Assembly: GCA_964350735.1 (NCBI GenBank) | Contig: CAYGKO010000003.1 | Location: 118,452 to 166,061, forward strand | Source of the DNA: an uncultured Candidatus Saccharibacteria bacterium | GTDB taxonomy: Bacteria > Patescibacteriota > Minisyncoccia > Phycocordibacterales > UBA918 | DNA length: 47,610 bases | Direction: 5' to 3' | Shown: in pieces, positions 45,119-47,610 of the stretch | Layout of the letters: each line of letters opens with the position of its first letter | How positions within the stretch are numbered: position 1 is the first letter of the stretch | Translations under genes and position numbers: made by a program | Notes under the pieces: generated by a model | Told to the model about the DNA's origin: nothing | The model's input: the letters and a program-made list of their open reading frames with translations, nothing else | The model's database searches: none

Positions 45119-46939
45119 ATGAAATACTTCTACCTTTTCGCTTTATTCTTAGCTTTACTCACTTCACTTTCCCCATCACCTGCACTGGCTGAAACCGAAC
45201 GTGGCACTCTTGGTCCTGACAATTGTTTGCTGGGCTTAGCTGACTGTGGTGATGTCGAAATTCGAGCAACAACCCGTGAAGACTACCCAGAAACAGTCCC
45301 TACTATAAAAGGTCAAATAGTCCCGACCGAAACCTGCTGGCTTTTCTTTACCTGTGAAAAAGGAACACAGAACTTAACGCAATTCTCCGAAGTTGACTCA
45401 AACGGAAACCTCTCCGGCCGATCAATTGGTGGCGGCAACCTGGTTGGGGGTGATGATGGGATCGCCGCGTACATAATAAAAATTATTGCGTTTATTAACT
45501 TTGCAATTATTCCACTACTCTTTGGAATAGCCCTGCTTTTCTTCCTGATTAATATCGTCCGGTACTTTATTATCGACACCAGTAGCGCTGACAGTCGTGA
45601 GAAAGCCAAGCGTTCAGCCCTCTACGGCATTGCTGCCTTTGTCTTTTTGGTAAGTATCTGGGGGATCGTTAATTTGTTTGTAAGTGGTCTCGAGTTTGAT
45701 CAGCAGGATTCGATCTGTCCCGACTACTTAGGGAGTTGGTGTGGAAACCAGAGTTTTTCTGGCAACACCCGCAGTGGCTCCGGCCAAGGTATTTTCCCGC
45801 CATTTAGCAATCGAGTAAACACCCCAACTGACGGTAGTACACCAGCTTTAGTTGATTTTGGTTGTGGCAGTGGTGTAGATGAAGACGATTGTGTTCAGTA
45901 TTCTGGTTTAGCCGAATTATTGTATGGTCCAGATGCTGACCAGACGGCACTAAGCTTTAATCCAGGCAATCCACGCAATCAGGGTAATACTCCTCAGATT
46001 GCTTCTAATGCCAGTTGTGCGGCCGGGGTCAACACCCTGCGTCAAGCGGCCAATATTGAGACTAATCAAGCTGTCTATGCCTTCTACACTACCGCCAGTG
46101 GCCAAACTGCCTGGACTAACTTAACCGATGACAATCGAAATAACCGGCTTGTCATCGATGCTGACACCATTAATCAAATAGAAGCCAACGGTGCGACCGA
46201 TGTTCGGATTGTACAAATGCAACCTAAAAGTATTGCTAGTACGGTGGAGCTTCCCCTCGATGGTTATGGACCTAGTGCCGCTGACTACAGCGTGCAGTGT
46301 GACAATATATTGCGAGACTTCCCTTTCATCACCGTTGACTGGAACGGGGTATGGAAAAGCGAGAACGAAAGTAGGCTGGCTTGTCCACGGAGGACTTCAG
46401 ATACTGAAGATCTAATTCTCATCGACGCCCTTTACGCTGTATCTATGCTCCCCGCCGGATCTCGAAATGAAGAATTTCAAAAACTCTTAAATTCAGATCT
46501 AGTACCGAACGATGATCGGGCTGACTTGACTGGGTTCGCTAATGGCAATCTAGACAACATGAGTCCTGAACAAATCAGAAATCTTGCCAACAGTATCGAA
46601 AGCGATGTGAAAATAATGAGCAATCGCGTCACAACCACAGAAGCCTGTCAGATTACTACTTCAATCGCAGCACCTACGCCGCCGCCAGTTGCTCCTCAAA
46701 CAACAGAAGAGCTTGTTCGTACTGCTGTTGCTACAGGTATCGGGGCTGATCCGGCTGTAGTGAGCACTGTTAACTTTCGGGCTGTTACTTGGAATGACGG
46801 CTGCCTAGGACTCGCTGAAGCAGGTGACATCTGCACAATGGCTACTGTGCCGGGCTTTGAAATTATACTTAACGTTGGTGGTGAGCAAAGAACCTTTCAC
46901 ACCAATAGTAACGGGTCCATCTTCCGGGAAAATCGCTAG
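45119..46939 (+). CDS. Secreted/membrane protein containing a CPR-type (TrbC/VirB2-like) pilin domain and Cys-rich extensions
   Basis: Signal peptide, then a two-helix hairpin IIPLLFGIALLFFLINIVRYFI...REKAKRSALYGIAAFVFLVSIWGIVNLF, and a C-terminal WNDGCLG...PGFEI..HT motif. TATGAT lies 6 nt before the ATG. Confidence 0.75.
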   Translation: MKYFYLFALFLALLTSLSPSPALAETERGTLGPDNCLLGLADCGDVEIRATTREDYPETVPTIKGQIVPTETCWLFFTCEKGTQNLTQFSEVDSNGNLSGRSIGGGNLVGGDDGIAAYIIKIIAFINFAIIPLLFGIALLFFLINIVRYFIIDTSSADSREKAKRSALYGIAAFVFLVSIWGIVNLFVSGLEFDQQDSICPDYLGSWCGNQSFSGNTRSGSGQGIFPPFSNRVNTPTDGSTPALVDFGCGSGVDEDDCVQYSGLAELLYGPDADQTALSFNPGNPRNQGNTPQIASNASCAAGVNTLRQAANIETNQAVYAFYTTASGQTAWTNLTDDNRNNRLVIDADTINQIEANGATDVRIVQMQPKSIASTVELPLDGYGPSAADYSVQCDNILRDFPFITVDWNGVWKSENESRLACPRRTSDTEDLILIDALYAVSMLPAGSRNEEFQKLLNSDLVPNDDRADLTGFANGNLDNMSPEQIRNLANSIESDVKIMSNRVTTTEACQITTSIAAPTPPPVAPQTTEELVRTAVATGIGADPAVVSTVNFRAVTWNDGCLGLAEAGDICTMATVPGFEIILNVGGEQRTFHTNSNGSIFRENR

Positions 46940-46957
46940 TCTCGACGGTTACTAACT

Positions 46958-47002
46958 ACAAATAAAAGAACCGCACCCAGAGGGTGCGGTTCTTTTATTT
47001 GT
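46958..47002. terminator. Bidirectional intrinsic terminator
   Basis: ACAAATAAAAGAACCGCACCC-AGA-GGGTGCGGTTCTTTTATTTGT, a 21-bp perfect inverted repeat between convergent units. Confidence 0.92.
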
Positions 47003-47269
47003 CTTATGACAATTCCATACTATGTATACACATTTTAAACTCCTTACAGGAGCTATACACTTTGTCGTGATTTTAATTCTAAAATCACAGTCAAAGTCTT
47101 GCTGAAAATTTTTTCCATCACTCTCTTTTGTCTTATCCTGGCTTTGTCTTTCCAAAGTGTCTGATACCAGTTAGGGATGGTGAGTATCATTTCCCCTTAG
47201 GTGCTCAATTGAGGCACCTAACATCGACCAATTAGATGAAATAGGCATCATGCCTACCATCGTGTCCAA

Positions 47270-47610
<341 letters not shown>

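Noticed and set aside
46952-47190. Short minus-strand ORFs after the 16S gene (67 aa in the track; 45 aa at 47053-47190)
   Set aside because: No recognisable motif. The 67-aa ORF runs through the terminator, and the region is more simply read as rRNA trailer.

Overview
Chromosomal window that looks like Patescibacteria/CPR (Parcubacteria-like). This is an inference from the gene set, the divergent 16S 3' end and a CPR-type pilin and coupling-protein ATPase. Left arm: a truncated FMN reductase, secA, an H1-like Lys/Ala-rich protein and murB. Centre (about 4.5-31.7 kb): a large surface-glycan locus. It holds an O-antigen-ligase/TPR protein, a fused Sat-CysC PAPS synthase, a Wzx flippase, six GT4 enzymes plus a half GT4, three methyltransferases, an acetyltransferase, a GMC oxidoreductase, two polysaccharide deacetylases, a sulfotransferase, a YvcK/GlmR protein, PHP, ATP-grasp and kinase-like proteins, a Mesh1-like HD hydrolase and an epimerase. 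Right arm: a lamin-tail/PKD surface protein, a TraD/VirD4-like ATPase, a DUF4015-like hydrolase, an HD protein, rsmI, murC-murI-murD, a DedA-like protein, tRNA-Ile, a pilin-fusion protein and the 3' end of a 16S rRNA gene with no 23S behind it. Two signals stand out. (1) A possible self-contained glycan sulfation pathway, in which a sulfotransferase is translationally coupled to a deacetylase (a split NDST-like pair) and has its own PAPS supply. (2) The 16S rRNA lacks the anti-Shine-Dalgarno sequence, and at least eight genes have a -10 box 6-7 nt before the ATG, implying leaderless translation. All family calls come from motif recognition by eye; no database searches were run.
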